64,000 nucleotides of DNA from Monocercomonoides exilis PA203 (taxonomy: Eukaryota; Protista; Preaxostyla), in assembly GCA_001643675.2 (NCBI GenBank), contig LSRY02000013.1:1736001-1800000 (forward strand), given 5' to 3'. A program made the position numbers and the translations under genes. Numbering within the stretch: the stretch's first letter is position 1; each line of letters opens with the position of its first letter. Under the pieces are notes generated by a model. That model was given only the letters and a program-made list of their open reading frames with translations, did not search any database and was not told the origin of the DNA. Positions 61,608-64,000 of the stretch are shown one piece after another.

Positions 61608-64000
61608 CTACTCCTGGGTGCTCATTTCAATTTCTTTGCTTCCATCTTTGTTTTCATCTTTGCTTCCCTCTTTCTCTCCATCTTTGTTGCTTTTGGCTTT
61701 CCTTTTCTTGACAACCATCAAAACAACCACAACCACAACCACTGCAACAACAACAACGACAACTATCGGAACCACAATCGCAACAACAGTTCCCGCATTT
61801 GATTTCTTCTTGTCTTCTGGAGCAGGTTCTTCCTTACTCTTCAAATACTTTTCAAATGCATCCTCTGGCTCAGATTCTTCATCTATTGCTCCCACAATCC
61901 ACCCAGCTGTTGAATTGTCATAATCGTTCGCAAACTCAAATGCACCGTCTTGTTTGCAGAACTCATCAAAATCTGGGGCAATGATGCATATTGATCTCGC
62001 TGTTGAATTCGCTGTGTTTGAGCTGTCAATCTCAAGATTGTTTGCAGAAGGAAGCCGAAGATTCGATGTTGCCTTTGGCATGCCAATGGATATTGCCCCA
62101 GCTTTCCCTTTTGGCGCTGTGCATGACTTGAATGTGCATTTGTTGTTTCTTCCAATTTCCACTGTAGATTCGTTCGAACTCAAAGAAATCTCCAAGCCAG
62201 CCGCTTCTCCTTTCTCTGAATTTGAATTTTTTATATTCAATCCTTCAATGCTAACAGCTGAAGGCGTGCTTCCTCCATCCTCAATGGTTATCGCTGCTCC
62301 ATTTTGAATGTTCACGTTGCTGATGTCCACTCCATTCAACGAAGCTGAACTCACACTGCTGAAAGAAAATGGCGATGAAGAAAACGTAACTGTATTTTTT
62401 TCATCTGTGCATGAAACAGTGTTCATTTCAACTATCCCGCCAGCAACGCTCACAAGACTGCCTACAACAACATCATCCCCATCAGCATTTATCGTCATTT
62501 TCTCTGGCGATTGGGCTGCAACTCTGACAAATCTGCAATTGCTGATCGAAAGTGATGCCGACTTTTCATTTCCAAAAATCAAAGAATTCCATTTTTTTTC
62601 AGAAATGAGAAAGTTGAATGCCAAAGACTTGAATTCCACCTTTTGTTCACATGTAAATAAAGCACTTGAAGCGCTAACAGCGCAATCAATAGACACTTCT
62701 TCATTTCCATTTCCGTTGCTGTTCACTCCTTCAATGGTTATTCCCTTTTCGTTGCTAATTTCAATAACTTCTGCTTCGAACTGGCTGTCGTCTTTCACAA
62801 TCTCCATGTAATATCCCTTTGAATATGGAATTTCATTTAGTTTACTGAATGCTCCGTTCAATGAACCCAATGGCGAATCACTTGTCCATCCATTTCCTGT
62901 TCCTTTGTTCTTAATAAATACCTTTCCGGTCGGATCAAAATAATTAAGCATAAAATCGTAAACTTTATCTGTGCCATCAACACATGCTGCAACATTCCAC
63001 AAATTGTTATTCCGAGTATAATCTGATGCAAAACTCTTCTTCATTTCTGTTGCGAGGTCTCCGAATAATGAGTCATTTGACATCATAAATAATAGTCCAG
63101 TGTCTCTTTTTGACTGACCTTCTCCGACTGTGCATTTGTCAAATTTCAGATTCCTCCCATCTTTGGGCCATTTAATCTGACTTGCTGATTCAATTGCATG
63201 CATTCGTAGATATATTCCTCCAGAGCCATATTTAAAATCACCATGGCATGATGAAAAAGTTGTGACACCTCCATCTCCAACAGTAAATGTGCTTTTGTCG
63301 CTGTCAGTTGTGAAAGACAAAATTTTGCTCGTGCTTTTTAAGTCCGAAAATGTGCTCCCATTCAATATAAGATCAACTTTGGTTTTTGCATAACCATTTA
63401 CATTGATAACGGAGTCAGTATATATTCCATTATCATAATCATTAATTATTTCAATATTGTTCAAAGCTAGATTAGACAATATTATTGTGTCAGCGTTACT
63501 TATAGAAAACAGTTCGTACTTCGATTTAAATGCATTTTCTTCATCCAAGCATTCAACTGACTCCATCGTCAATGAACCTTGATATTGGTAAACAAGTCTA
63601 AAATCAATTACGTTTTCCACAGCTGGCCGAATAAATCTACAGCTGCTTATTGTCAAGCTTGCACGTTGCTCATTTATCAAAGCCAGTATTTCATCATTTT
63701 TAGGTTCTTTTGCCAATGTTGCTGGAAAATGGAAAGCTATACATTTGAATTCCATGTCGCAATAACAATTAAATAGAGTTTGATTTGGATTTATGTCACA
63801 GTCCATTGCCACTTCAGTGTTTCCACTTCCTTCGTTATTTACTCCTTCAACCGTAACTTTTTGTTTATTTCTAAATGTAACTGTATCCGCAGTTAATAAT
63901 TCTGTATCATAAACGACTTTCATGAAACAAGCACAATTATCGCTCAGGAGTGAATATGCTGAATATAAAGATTGTTTTTCCTGATCAATATTCAATCCGC
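61608..64000 (-). CDS. Beta-helix-type surface protein with a C-terminal TM anchor and short basic/acidic tail, 5'-truncated
   Basis: ORF open to the window edge. Internally repeated module (TxEGVNxxGxGNxEVxxDC..LFxC..EFKxxAF..ASLxISxCRFxR). Val-rich TM VVAIVVPIVVVVVVAVVVVVVVLMVV followed by KKRK. Confidence 0.85.
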   Translation of the reverse strand, partial: GLNIDQEKQSLYSAYSLLSDNCACFMKVVYDTELLTADTVTFRNKQKVTVEGVNNEGSGNTEVAMDCDINPNQTLFNCYCDMEFKCIAFHFPATLAKEPKNDEILALINEQRASLTISSCRFIRPAVENVIDFRLVYQYQGSLTMESVECLDEENAFKSKYELFSISNADTIILSNLALNNIEIINDYDNGIYTDSVINVNGYAKTKVDLILNGSTFSDLKSTSKILSFTTDSDKSTFTVGDGGVTTFSSCHGDFKYGSGGIYLRMHAIESASQIKWPKDGRNLKFDKCTVGEGQSKRDTGLLFMMSNDSLFGDLATEMKKSFASDYTRNNNLWNVAACVDGTDKVYDFMLNYFDPTGKVFIKNKGTGNGWTSDSPLGSLNGAFSKLNEIPYSKGYYMEIVKDDSQFEAEVIEISNEKGITIEGVNSNGNGNEEVSIDCAVSASSALFTCEQKVEFKSLAFNFLISEKKWNSLIFGNEKSASLSISNCRFVRVAAQSPEKMTINADGDDVVVGSLVSVAGGIVEMNTVSCTDEKNTVTFSSSPFSFSSVSSASLNGVDISNVNIQNGAAITIEDGGSTPSAVSIEGLNIKNSNSEKGEAAGLEISLSSNESTVEIGRNNKCTFKSCTAPKGKAGAISIGMPKATSNLRLPSANNLEIDSSNTANSTARSICIIAPDFDEFCKQDGAFEFANDYDNSTAGWIVGAIDEESEPEDAFEKYLKSKEEPAPEDKKKSNAGTVVAIVVPIVVVVVVAVVVVVVVLMVVKKRKAKSNKDGEKEGSKDENKDGSKEIEMSTQE

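Noticed and set aside
1-64000. CRISPR array, rRNA or prokaryotic operons
   Set aside because: No regularly spaced repeat-spacer units or rRNA-like sequence. Gene structure is eukaryotic, with spliceosomal introns.

Overview
AT-rich eukaryotic genomic DNA with short (about 50-110 nt) GT-AG introns, the standard genetic code and many microsatellites. The gene content most resembles an oxymonad such as Monocercomonoides; this is inferred from gene families, not proven. Intact or near-intact genes: a Ser-rich gene cut by the left edge, a spliced saposin-like protein, tRNA-Trp(CCA), a ~2570-aa beta-helix receptor with a TKL-like pseudokinase tail (one frameshift), a ~2170-aa TmcB-like polytopic membrane protein ending in a degenerate hemerythrin domain, a 9-exon Ser/Thr kinase, a 2-TM hypothetical protein and a beta-helix surface protein cut by the right edge. 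Also present: an IQCH-like pseudogene, a surface-protein pseudogene and three kinds of TIR/foldback elements. Main observation: five dispersed copies of one ~440-aa helical gene family (motif EIIKYHQEHxNLTxLAY) share the same intron positions. At least two copies, probably three or four, sit head-to-head with a decayed coding region. That region is homologous and equally spaced at copies A and E, and shows Mutator (MULE)-like DDE motifs at copies B and E. This suggests a two-gene mobile unit whose transposase decays while the cargo gene is kept and reshuffled.
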